DNA of 64,000 nt from an uncultured Prolixibacteraceae bacterium (lineage in GTDB: Bacteria; Bacteroidota; Bacteroidia; Bacteroidales; FEN-979): assembly GCA_964429135.1 (NCBI GenBank), contig CAYSAU010000015.1, positions 8,312-72,311 of the forward strand. Direction: 5' to 3'. The notes beneath the pieces were generated by a model that was given only the letters and a program-made list of their open reading frames with translations, was not told the origin of the DNA and did not search any database. The position numbers and the translations under genes were made by a program. Positions 19,907 to 28,695 of the stretch are shown piece after piece (the first letter of the stretch is position 1; every line of letters starts with the position of its first letter).

Positions 19907-20338
19907 TCAAATGTCATCAACTTCTTCTTCATCATCATGCTCACCGGGTTTTACACTGCGTTGCAGTGATCCGATCAGGGCACCAATCATTTTAGTCATC
20001 TCCATCAGATGATTTTTTGAATCATCGTAGGCTTCAGGCTGAATAAATTTCTGGTTTCTGGCAATGGTCGAAATAACTACACACTCCCTGACAGAACTTT
20101 TTGCCATTTTCAGATAATATACAAACTGACTCTTATTTCTCGACGATCCTTCGGCGATATTCAAAGCAATTCCGTTGGCAGATGCCAGGAACCGTTCAAA
20201 AAACGATTTTGCAAAGAGATCATGGTCAGTCTTCCTTGACATGATATAAACCCAATTGACGTATTCCAGGGCCTTATGGTAGATTCTCAGGTCTTCAAAT
20301 CTGAAGAATGTGGTCGGTCTTTCGTGTTCGTTTTCCAT
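19907..20338 (-). CDS. Four-helix-bundle protein (23S rRNA intervening-sequence protein family)
   Basis: 143 aa. FEDLRIYHKALEYV...IALNIAEGS.R.....F..YL..A..S..E resembles the TIGR02436-type four-helix-bundle family common in Bacteroidota. It has an unusual acidic tail, EHDDEEEVDDI. Confidence 0.65.
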   Translation of the reverse strand: MENEHERPTTFFRFEDLRIYHKALEYVNWVYIMSRKTDHDLFAKSFFERFLASANGIALNIAEGSSRNKSQFVYYLKMAKSSVRECVVISTIARNQKFIQPEAYDDSKNHLMEMTKMIGALIGSLQRSVKPGEHDDEEEVDDI

Positions 20339-20390
20339 GGCTTTAATGTCAATAAAATATGAGTTTAAGAGAAGCGGATGATATAATATC

Positions 20391-21314
20391 TCACTTGTTG
20401 ACCTGGAATGTTTTATCTCCGTTTTTAATAAAGTTCACGATTTGTCTGGCCGCTGCAATACCAGCATTGATATTGGCCTCTTCCGTCTGAGCTCCCATCT
20501 TTTTCGGGGTGGAGAAATACCTGGTTCTGAAATTGGCTTCAATGTCTGCTTTGTTGGTTGGTTCAACATCGGTAAGATAAGCAAAGTCTTTGCGTTCCTG
20601 AAACATTTTCAACAAATCGGTTTCATGAATGACCTCCGCCCTTGCAGTATTGACAAGACATGCCGGCACAGGCATTGCTGACAGCAGGTCAAAGTTGATG
20701 GATTGTCTGGTATGATTATTGGCAGGAATATGCAGGGATATATACTGGCATTTACCGTAAAGTTCGGCGACAGTATCCAAAGCGATCACACCATCTTTTT
20801 CAATGTCAGCTTTTGACACGAAAGGATCATAAGCATAAATGCTCATTCCAAAACCTTTGGCAATTCGGGAAACATTCTTTCCCACAAAGCCATAGGCATG
20901 AATACCCAGGTTTTTTCCCATCAGCTCAGAACCTGACTTGCCGTTGAAAAAGTTACGGGCATGGTAAACCATCAACCCCATCGCGAGCTCAGCCACAGCA
21001 TTTGAATTTTGTCCTGGTGTATTCATGGCAACAACCCCTTTTGAGGTAGCAGCAGCCAGGTCAATATTGTCATAACCTGCACCGGCCCTGACGACAATCT
21101 TTAAATTTTTTCCTGCTTCGATCACTGCCTGATCGGCTTTATCACTTCTGATAATCAGCGCATCCACATCAGCTACCGCTTTGATCAGATCCTCCTGACT
21201 GGTGTAATTCTCCAGAAGAATTAATTCAAAGCCGGCATTTTCCACTACATTTCTAATTCCTTTTACTGCAACTGGAGCAAAAGGTTTGTCGGTAGCAACC
21301 ATTACTTTTGTCAT
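20391..21314 (-). CDS. serA: D-3-phosphoglycerate dehydrogenase (short form, D-2-hydroxyacid dehydrogenase family)
   Basis: 307 aa with NAD motif GIHAYGFVGKNV and a D-isomer-specific dehydrogenase core (VNTARAEV). Immediately downstream of serC on the same strand. Confidence 0.8.
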   Translation of the reverse strand: MTKVMVATDKPFAPVAVKGIRNVVENAGFELILLENYTSQEDLIKAVADVDALIIRSDKADQAVIEAGKNLKIVVRAGAGYDNIDLAAATSKGVVAMNTPGQNSNAVAELAMGLMVYHARNFFNGKSGSELMGKNLGIHAYGFVGKNVSRIAKGFGMSIYAYDPFVSKADIEKDGVIALDTVAELYGKCQYISLHIPANNHTRQSINFDLLSAMPVPACLVNTARAEVIHETDLLKMFQERKDFAYLTDVEPTNKADIEANFRTRYFSTPKKMGAQTEEANINAGIAAARQIVNFIKNGDKTFQVNK

Positions 21315-21328
21315 ATCTTTTAATTCGG

Positions 21329-22399
21329 TTAAGCGTTTAACTTTTCAAATTCCTGCATGGCGTCAACCAGGGCCTGAACACTTTCGTAAGGAAGAGCATT
21401 GTAGGTGGAAGCCCGGAAGCCCCCTACAGAACGGTGTCCTTTGATGCCGATCATACCCCTTGGTTTTGTGAATTCCATAAAGGCTTCTTCTTTGTCCTTG
21501 TATGGTTCCTTCATGACAAAACAGATATTCATCAGCGAACGGCTTTCTTTTTCTACGGTACCAACAAACATCTTACTGCGGTCAATGGCATCATATAGGA
21601 GATTAGCCTTTTTTAAATTCATGTCTTCTATGGCTTTAACCCCGCCCAGGTTTTTGATCCACCTGAGCGTTTCAAGACAAGTATATATGGCGAAAACCGG
21701 AGGTGTATTATAAAGTGAGGGTTCCTTTAAGTGGGTAGCATAGCTCAGCATGGTAGGAATTTTACGCTCGACCTTTGCCAGCATATCCTCCTTGATGATA
21801 ATGAAAGTAACCCCAGCAGGACCAAGATTTTTCTGGGCTCCGCCATAGATCATGGAGTATTTCGAAACATCAATCGGGCGACTTAGGATATCCGATGACA
21901 TGTCGGCGATCAGTGGAACCGGACTGTCCATATCTTTACGGATCTCTGATCCGTAGATGGTGTTGTTGGTCGTAATATGAAAATAATCCACATCTTCAGG
22001 AATGCTATAATGGGCTGGAATATAAGTGAAATTTTTATCCTTGGATGAGGCTACCACATTGACTTCTCCGAAGAAACGGGCTTCCTTAATTGCTTTTTCA
22101 GCCCAAACGCCTGTTTCCAAATAGGCTGCTTTTGTATTAAGAAAATTATAAGGGATCATACAGAATTGCATGCTTGCCCCACCGCCAAGGAAAATTACCT
22201 GGTACCCGGCAGGGATCTTCAGAAGTTCTTTAAATAAGGCCATTGTTTCATCCAGAATGGCCTGGAAATCTTTGCTTCGGTGAGAAATTTCAAGCAGGGA
22301 TAAACCGATGCCGTTTAGGTCAAGTACAGCCTTTGCCGAATTTTCGACGGCAACGCGGGGGAGAATGGAGGGGCCGGCGTTAAAATTGTGCTTCTTCAT
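21329..22399 (-). CDS. serC: Phosphoserine aminotransferase
   Basis: 356 aa with N-terminus [28 protein letters not shown] (PLP lysine), [15 protein letters not shown]. Confidence 0.9.
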   Translation of the reverse strand: MKKHNFNAGPSILPRVAVENSAKAVLDLNGIGLSLLEISHRSKDFQAILDETMALFKELLKIPAGYQVIFLGGGASMQFCMIPYNFLNTKAAYLETGVWAEKAIKEARFFGEVNVVASSKDKNFTYIPAHYSIPEDVDYFHITTNNTIYGSEIRKDMDSPVPLIADMSSDILSRPIDVSKYSMIYGGAQKNLGPAGVTFIIIKEDMLAKVERKIPTMLSYATHLKEPSLYNTPPVFAIYTCLETLRWIKNLGGVKAIEDMNLKKANLLYDAIDRSKMFVGTVEKESRSLMNICFVMKEPYKDKEEAFMEFTKPRGMIGIKGHRSVGGFRASTYNALPYESVQALVDAMQEFEKLNA

Positions 22400-22494
22400 A
22401 AATCAAAAATTTAAAATTGAATTTCATATTAATAAGACAAAGGAAAAGAAATTAATTGGAATTTCAAAACATAAAATCAAGGAGGAGGATAAAT

Positions 22495-23415
22495 TTATTC
22501 CACTCTGTTTCTCGCATCGATATCTGACAAAAATACCCAGTAACCGTTTTCAAAAATTAAGCCATCTACCTGATCTGACGAGGGAACATAGTATTGAAAT
22601 TTTCCTTGAAGGCTGGGATCCAAGGGGACTAGGTGATCACAGACAATCATGTTCATTTTTTTTGACTCAGGGATAAATTCACGGGTTTTAGCGTTCCATT
22701 TTGGTTGGTATGAAATCCTTTGCACCTCATAACGTAATACCATTGAAGCGGAGGAGGAAAAACGAAAAATTACCCGGGTGTTCAGTTCTTCTTTGTATTG
22801 CTTGAAAACTCTCCCACCGAAAACAACATTTTTTTGATTATCCATGTATAGCACTTCAATGACTTTTTCCGTGATTTGGGCGTCCTTACCATGCCAACCT
22901 AATAAAATGTAAGCATCCTCATTGTCCCCCATTTTAAACGGGATGATTTTATAATATAAAGCGCCGTACCATTGTTCCGGGACAAGGATTTTCTGTTCCG
23001 GATTTTCAATGCGGTCTGAATGATCATTTAGCAGAAGTACTGAGTTTTTCCCTCCCTTGGCGAATTGAAGGATTCCATAATATTTATGGCTTCCATCTTG
23101 AAAACAAACATTCCAGTTGAAAATCCTGAATGTCTTATCCGGAGAGTAAACTTGTCCGATTCCTTTTAATGCAGCAAAGGGATAAGAAATAGAGCCGGGT
23201 AATTCCAATGCCTTGGCAAGCAATGATTGTACCTTTAATTGCCGCTGATTCCGCTCTGGGTCATTTTCGACGGTATCTGTGCAGAGAAATAAACTGACAG
23301 AGTCTTCAGCATTTTTTAAGGAATGAAATACCTGTGCAGTCAATAGGTGGGCTATGCCACCAAAAAGAGCAATCAGAAGCACTGCTTTTCTGATCCCGCT
23401 ATTTATTAAATGCAT
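22495..23415 (-). CDS. Hypothetical secreted protein
   Basis: 306-aa ORF with a signal-peptide-like N-terminus (AVLLIALFGGIAHLLTAQ). I recognised no family. Confidence 0.5.
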   Translation of the reverse strand: MHLINSGIRKAVLLIALFGGIAHLLTAQVFHSLKNAEDSVSLFLCTDTVENDPERNQRQLKVQSLLAKALELPGSISYPFAALKGIGQVYSPDKTFRIFNWNVCFQDGSHKYYGILQFAKGGKNSVLLLNDHSDRIENPEQKILVPEQWYGALYYKIIPFKMGDNEDAYILLGWHGKDAQITEKVIEVLYMDNQKNVVFGGRVFKQYKEELNTRVIFRFSSSASMVLRYEVQRISYQPKWNAKTREFIPESKKMNMIVCDHLVPLDPSLQGKFQYYVPSSDQVDGLIFENGYWVFLSDIDARNRVE

Positions 23416-23457
23416 TGAATTAAAAACGATAATTCTGCTTCTTTATTTTGAATCCTG

Positions 23458-23465
23458 TACTTTTG
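23458..23465 (+). promoter_or_regulatory. -7 promoter box TACTTTTG
   Basis: Exact consensus match, 15 nt before ATG 23481 (LuxC-like gene). Confidence 0.5.
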
Positions 23466-23480
23466 CAAAAAGTCCGGGAG

Positions 23481-24527
23481 ATGTTATTAAGGAGAAGGAT
23501 AGAAACTTTCGTGCAATTGGGGGAGATCCTCAGGGAATTTCCTTTTAAATCTGAAAATAAATGGATGCCTGTGTTGACCAGTGAGGCTATCTTAGCTGAA
23601 AAGGAAAATCCCTGGTTCACCCAGGATAGTATCAGCTCTGCCTTAGTCTCTATCGGTGAATCCCTCATGGAGGAAAAAATTGAACAATGGATTGAACCCT
23701 ATCAGCATCAGATCCAAAAAAATGAGAAAATATGTAATATTGCTGTAGTGATGGCGGGAAACATTCCTGCTGTCGGATTTCACGACTTCCTTTGCGTGCT
23801 TATCAGTGGTAATAAGCTGATAGCAAAACTTTCCTCACAGGACAGGAGGTTAATTTCCGCTATGGCAGAAATTCTCAAGAGTCTGGACCCGGAATGGAGA
23901 AAATATATTCATTTTTCTGAAAATACGATATCGGATTTTCAGAAGATCATAGCCACGGGAACCAACCATACCATCAGGCATTACACTTATTATTTTAAAC
24001 AATACCCTTATCTTTTCCGGCATAATAGAAATTCTGTTGCTGTTCTGAATGGCAGGGAGACCAGTGTTCAGCTTGAGGCATTGGCCGGGGATATGCTGAA
24101 ATACTTTGGTTTGGGCTGCCGTAATGTGTCCAAATTGTTTGTCCCTCGGGGATATGACTTCAAGGCTTTGATGACAGCTCTGGAACCTTATCGCTATTAC
24201 ATCGGACATAATAAATACATGAATAATTACAATTACAACAAATCTATCTTTAACCTCAATCAAATACCCTTTGAGGATACAGGATTTTTGCTTTTTACAC
24301 ATACTGTTCAACTTAAATCAAATATCGGTGTTATCTATTATGAGGAATATATTGATAATCAAATACTCAAGAATAAGATTTTGGAAGAGAAGGAATTTAT
24401 TCAGTGTGTCGTTTGTACTCCGGGTACAGGGTTAAACGGCATTCCACCGGGGCAGAGTCAGAAGCCCGACTTATGGGACTATGCGGATAGCATCGATACC
24501 ATGAATTTTATCCTTCAGCCGAATTGA
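23481..24527 (+). CDS. LuxC-like acyl-CoA reductase family protein
   Basis: VMAGNIPAVGFHDFLCVLISGNKLIAKLSS resembles the LuxC/acyl-CoA reductase family widespread in Bacteroidota. The track start, TTG 23448, precedes a TACTTTTG box (23458-23465), so the first ATG after the box (23481) was chosen. Confidence 0.6.
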   Translation: MLLRRRIETFVQLGEILREFPFKSENKWMPVLTSEAILAEKENPWFTQDSISSALVSIGESLMEEKIEQWIEPYQHQIQKNEKICNIAVVMAGNIPAVGFHDFLCVLISGNKLIAKLSSQDRRLISAMAEILKSLDPEWRKYIHFSENTISDFQKIIATGTNHTIRHYTYYFKQYPYLFRHNRNSVAVLNGRETSVQLEALAGDMLKYFGLGCRNVSKLFVPRGYDFKALMTALEPYRYYIGHNKYMNNYNYNKSIFNLNQIPFEDTGFLLFTHTVQLKSNIGVIYYEEYIDNQILKNKILEEKEFIQCVVCTPGTGLNGIPPGQSQKPDLWDYADSIDTMNFILQPN

Positions 24528-24559
24528 TTGAATTATTTTTGGATTTCAAAAAATTTTCT

Positions 24560-24567
24560 TACTTTTG
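24560..24567 (+). promoter_or_regulatory. -7 promoter box TACTTTTG for rpmE
   Basis: Exact consensus match, 27 nt before ATG 24595. Confidence 0.55.
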
Positions 24568-24594
24568 CAGCCTTCAAATAAAAAAATTGCTTTC

Positions 24595-24864
24595 ATGAAA
24601 AAAGATATTCATCCAAAGGAATACAGAATGGTCGTTTTTAAGGACATGTCAAATGAATATTCCTTTCTTTCCAAATCCACAGTAAAGACCAAAGAAACCA
24701 TTGTTTGGGAAGATGGTCTCGAGTATCCATTGATAAAACTTGAAATATCGCATACTTCTCATCCTTTTTATACCGGAAAAATGAAACTGGTTGATACTGC
24801 CGGACGTGTTGATAAGTTTAAAACCAGGTATCAAAAGCATATGGATAAGAAAGCTGGCAACTGA
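24595..24864 (+). CDS. rpmE: 50S ribosomal protein L31, type B (no zinc-binding CxxC)
   Basis: [10 protein letters not shown]...HPFYTGK...DTAGRVDKF is the L31 signature, and the cysteine pairs are absent. The track start, TTG 24565, lies within the promoter box. Confidence 0.9.
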   Translation: MKKDIHPKEYRMVVFKDMSNEYSFLSKSTVKTKETIVWEDGLEYPLIKLEISHTSHPFYTGKMKLVDTAGRVDKFKTRYQKHMDKKAGN

Positions 24865-24880
24865 TAAGGATTTCTGGTTA

Positions 24881-24921
24881 AAAAAAAATCCTCCCCCTTC
24901 CTCTGATGGGGGTTTTTTTTT
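24881..24921 (+). terminator. Rho-independent terminator after rpmE
   Basis: An A-run, then the stem CCCCC (24893-24897) / GGGGG (24908-24912) with a 10-nt loop, followed by T9 (24913-24921). Confidence 0.65.
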
Positions 24922-24933
24922 GTATTTAAATTG

Positions 24934-24941
24934 TAATTTTG
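24934..24941 (+). promoter_or_regulatory. -7 promoter box TAATTTTG
   Basis: Exact consensus match, 43 nt before ATG 24985 and just after the rpmE terminator. Confidence 0.45.
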
Positions 24942-24984
24942 TATCCTTTATGACGTTTTAATTTTCATATGTAATACTGACAAG

Positions 24985-26175
24985 ATGAATTATATTCTTT
25001 TTGATGAAAGTATTGTCCGGACAAATTTGCTACCCCTTACATTTATGCGTCCTGTCGCCGATATTCGTATCGGGATCCTTACCATTCGTGAGAAATGGGA
25101 AAAGCACCTAAAGGCGAAAACCTCCACACTTACCGATCCCTATTTGTCGAAGAAATATCCCATTTTGAAAGAGCGGGTAAATGTCCTGATTAATGGGTCC
25201 GTATGCCCTAACGAGGAAATTGTGACAGCCATTAAAAATTTGAAAGCGAATCAGATCATTGTCAATAACGACACCATCATTGCTCTTCATGTAACAGAAG
25301 ATGAGTTGGATAAAATAGGGGATCCCACCACCGAGGGAATAGAAGAAATTACCGTGAAAGAGACTCCCCTCAAGGTCAATCATACCTGGGAGATATTCTC
25401 CAAAAATGGCATGGCTTTAGAAGACGACTTTAAATTGATTACAAAAGGCCGAAAATCCCAGCTAATCAGTAAGACGAATCATGTATTCGGTGAGGAAAAT
25501 ATATTTGTGGAAAAAGGAGCCAGGGTGGAATGCGTTGTGATCAATGCCACTCAAGGGCCTGTTTATATTGGAAAAAATTCGGAAATTATGGAAGGCAGTT
25601 TGATCAGGGGACCTTTTGCGTTATGCGAACATGCCCAGGTAAAAATGGCTGCAAAAATATATGGACCTACCACCATCGGTCCCTATTGCCGCGTGGGTGG
25701 AGAAGTGAATAATTCTGTAATGTTCGGGTATTCCAATAAAGCCCATGATGGCTTTCTTGGTCATTCTGTCATCTCAGAATGGTGTAACCTGGGAGCCGAT
25801 ACCAATACTTCAAACCTTAAAAACACCTATGATGCTGTGAGGCTTTGGAGCTATGGCAAGCAAACTTTCATCAATACTCATCTTCAATTTTGCGGACTCA
25901 TCATGGGTGACCATTCAAAATGTGCCATTAATACCATGTTTAATACAGGTACCGTGGTGGGGGTAAATGCCAACATCTTCGGAGCCGGTTTTCAGAGAAA
26001 TTTTATTCCTTCATTCACCTGGGGTATGTCTTCTGGTCATATGAATTATACCCTGAATAAAGCTTTGGAAGTGGCAGAAATTGTATATAAACGAAGAAAT
26101 TTGGTGTTTGACCCGGTTGAGCAGGAGCTTCTTTCATGTGTTTACAATCTTACATTGAAGAATAAACACCTTTAA
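24985..26175 (+). CDS. GlmU-like putative sugar-phosphate nucleotidyltransferase with left-handed beta-helix
   Basis: 396 aa. The N-terminal LPLTFMRPVADIRIGILTI is nucleotidyltransferase-like. The C-terminal half has hexapeptide-type repeats (IGKNSEI..GSLI..., IGPYCRVGGEV). Confidence 0.6.
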   Translation: MNYILFDESIVRTNLLPLTFMRPVADIRIGILTIREKWEKHLKAKTSTLTDPYLSKKYPILKERVNVLINGSVCPNEEIVTAIKNLKANQIIVNNDTIIALHVTEDELDKIGDPTTEGIEEITVKETPLKVNHTWEIFSKNGMALEDDFKLITKGRKSQLISKTNHVFGEENIFVEKGARVECVVINATQGPVYIGKNSEIMEGSLIRGPFALCEHAQVKMAAKIYGPTTIGPYCRVGGEVNNSVMFGYSNKAHDGFLGHSVISEWCNLGADTNTSNLKNTYDAVRLWSYGKQTFINTHLQFCGLIMGDHSKCAINTMFNTGTVVGVNANIFGAGFQRNFIPSFTWGMSSGHMNYTLNKALEVAEIVYKRRNLVFDPVEQELLSCVYNLTLKNKHL

Positions 26176-26195
26176 ACCGGGTTTGAAAAAAATTT

Positions 26196-28670
26196 ATGGA
26201 ACATACTTTTGAAAAGAATTTTTTTTCTTTTTCCGACTTAATGGATTCTGATGCGGAATTCATCCCTCTCTTATCTTCTGAGGATGAAGACACAATGAAT
26301 ACCGAACAAATCCCGGAAATTCTTCCCATTCTGCCACTTAGAAATACGGTGCTCTTCCCTGGTGTGGTCATCCCCATTACCGTCGGGAGAGATAAATCGA
26401 TCAAACTTATCCGTGATTATTATAAGGGTGATCGTATCATCGGGGTAGTTTCCCAAAAAGATCCTTCCATTGAAGATCCGGCATTCACCGACCTGAATAT
26501 CATTGGCACGGTGGCATACATCATTAAGATCCTTCAGATGCCAGATGGGAGCAATACGGCAATCATTCAAGGAAAAAGACGGTTTACCATCCTTGAACAG
26601 TTGCAAACGGACCCATACTTTATGGCAAAGGTTCAAGCATTCGACAGTCCGAAACAGGATATGATCCAGGCTAGCGAATTCAATGCCTTGATCGCCAGTT
26701 TAAAGGATCTGGCGGTGCAAATTGTAAATAAATCGCCGAATATTCCATCAGAAGCAGCCTTCGCAATAAAAAATATAGAAAGTCCTTCTTTTCTTGTCCA
26801 CTTCATTTCTTCCAACCTGACCATTGATCTGGCAGATAAGCAGAGATTATTGGAAATAGCTGAGGTCACCGAGCGGGCTCAACTGGTTCTTTCGTACCTG
26901 ACCAAAGAACTTCAGATGATTGACCTGAAGCAACAGATACAGAATAAAGTTAAAACTGACCTGGATAAACAGCAAAGGGATTATTTTCTGCATCAGCAGT
27001 TAAAAACCATTCAGGAAGAATTAGGAGGCAATCCCAATGCACAGGAAGTAAATAACCTTAAAGAACAGGCAAAAACCAAAAAATGGAAAGCCGAAGTCGC
27101 TGAGATTTTTGAAAAAGAATTAAATAAACTCCAGCGGATGCATCCAGCCGCCGCTGAATATTCCATTCAGGTAAATTATCTGGAAACCCTGGTTCAACTT
27201 CCATGGAATGAGTATTCTTCGGATAATCTTGATCTGGATCACGCAAAAAAAATTCTGGACGAAGATCATTATGGTCTTGAAAAAGTCAAAGAGAGAATCA
27301 TCGAATATTTGGCGGTTATCGCTTTAAAACGCGACCAGAAATCGCCCATTCTCTGTTTGGTCGGCCCTCCTGGAGTCGGGAAGACTTCACTGGGAAAATC
27401 CATCGCCAGGGCTTTGGAAAGAAAATATACACGAATGTCACTGGGAGGGCTTAGGGATGAATCTGAATTAAGGGGGCACCGGAAAACATACATAGGAGCC
27501 ATGCCGGGACGGATTATACAAAGCCTTAAGAAAGTTAAGACCTCAAACCCCGTATTTGTTCTTGATGAAATTGACAAAGTAGCAGGAATGAACATCAGCG
27601 GAGATCCTCAGGCAGCTTTGCTTGAAGTTCTCGACCCGGAACAAAATGTGGCATTCTACGATAATTTCCTGGAAATCGAATTTGATCTTTCCCGGATCAT
27701 GTTCATCGCCACAGCCAATACGCTATCCACCATTCATCCTGCTTTGCGCGATCGCATGGAAGTGATCGATATTCCTGGATATCTCATGGAAGAAAAAAAG
27801 GAAATTGCAGTCCGTCACCTCGTACCAAAACAACTCAAAGAACATGGGGTGAAAAAAAAACAACTCAGCTTCCAGCGAGTTCTGATACAGAAAATTATTG
27901 AAGATTATACCCGGGAATCCGGAGTCAGGGGATTGGAAAAAGCCATAGCCAAAGTAATCCGAAATAAAGCCAAAGCCATTGTTACCAAAGAAAAATTCAA
28001 TAAAATTATCTTGGAAGAGGATCTTAAAAAGATCATGGGACCACCCATCTTTCAAGCAGATCGGTTTATTACCAACGAAATTCCCGGAGTCGTAACAGGT
28101 CTTGCGTGGACGATGACAGGGGGTGAAATTCTTTTCATAGAAGTCAGCCTGAGCCACGGGAAAGGAGACTTGACATTGACAGGTAATCTTGGTGAAGTGA
28201 TGAAAGAATCAGCAACGATAGCACTGGCTTATCTAAAAGCCCATTCAGAACTATTCGATATTGATCCCGATATCTTTGGTAAATGGAATATTCATATTCA
28301 TATTCCTGAAGGCGCAACGCCTAAAGATGGTCCTTCTGCCGGAATAACCATGTTCACAGCCCTTGCGTCTGCTTTTTCTCAAAGAAAAGTAAAAAAACGT
28401 TTGGCTATGACTGGTGAAATTACATTAAGAGGGAAAGTATTGCCGGTAGGAGGGATTAAAGAAAAGATGCTGGCTGCTAAAAGGGCAAAAATTGCTGAGG
28501 TGATCCTTTCAAAAGAAAACCAAAAGGATATTGAAGAGATCAAAACAGATTATATCAAGGGTCTGTCCTTCCATTACATCGAAGAAATGAAAGATATTGG
28601 AAATCTGGCTTTATTGAGTGAAAAGGTTAAAAACCCCTTGCAACTTGATTATCCAATCAGGTCAAAATAA
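26196..28670 (+). CDS. lon: ATP-dependent Lon protease (endopeptidase La)
   Basis: 824 aa with LON N-domain (LPILPLRNTVLFPGVVIPITVGR), Walker A GPPGVGKTS, Walker B VFVLDEIDK, and proteolytic PKDGPSAGITM (catalytic Ser) with downstream K. Confidence 0.95.
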   Translation: MEHTFEKNFFSFSDLMDSDAEFIPLLSSEDEDTMNTEQIPEILPILPLRNTVLFPGVVIPITVGRDKSIKLIRDYYKGDRIIGVVSQKDPSIEDPAFTDLNIIGTVAYIIKILQMPDGSNTAIIQGKRRFTILEQLQTDPYFMAKVQAFDSPKQDMIQASEFNALIASLKDLAVQIVNKSPNIPSEAAFAIKNIESPSFLVHFISSNLTIDLADKQRLLEIAEVTERAQLVLSYLTKELQMIDLKQQIQNKVKTDLDKQQRDYFLHQQLKTIQEELGGNPNAQEVNNLKEQAKTKKWKAEVAEIFEKELNKLQRMHPAAAEYSIQVNYLETLVQLPWNEYSSDNLDLDHAKKILDEDHYGLEKVKERIIEYLAVIALKRDQKSPILCLVGPPGVGKTSLGKSIARALERKYTRMSLGGLRDESELRGHRKTYIGAMPGRIIQSLKKVKTSNPVFVLDEIDKVAGMNISGDPQAALLEVLDPEQNVAFYDNFLEIEFDLSRIMFIATANTLSTIHPALRDRMEVIDIPGYLMEEKKEIAVRHLVPKQLKEHGVKKKQLSFQRVLIQKIIEDYTRESGVRGLEKAIAKVIRNKAKAIVTKEKFNKIILEEDLKKIMGPPIFQADRFITNEIPGVVTGLAWTMTGGEILFIEVSLSHGKGDLTLTGNLGEVMKESATIALAYLKAHSELFDIDPDIFGKWNIHIHIPEGATPKDGPSAGITMFTALASAFSQRKVKKRLAMTGEITLRGKVLPVGGIKEKMLAAKRAKIAEVILSKENQKDIEEIKTDYIKGLSFHYIEEMKDIGNLALLSEKVKNPLQLDYPIRSK

Positions 28671-28695
28671 TTTCAAAAAATAAAAGTGTTGGTGG

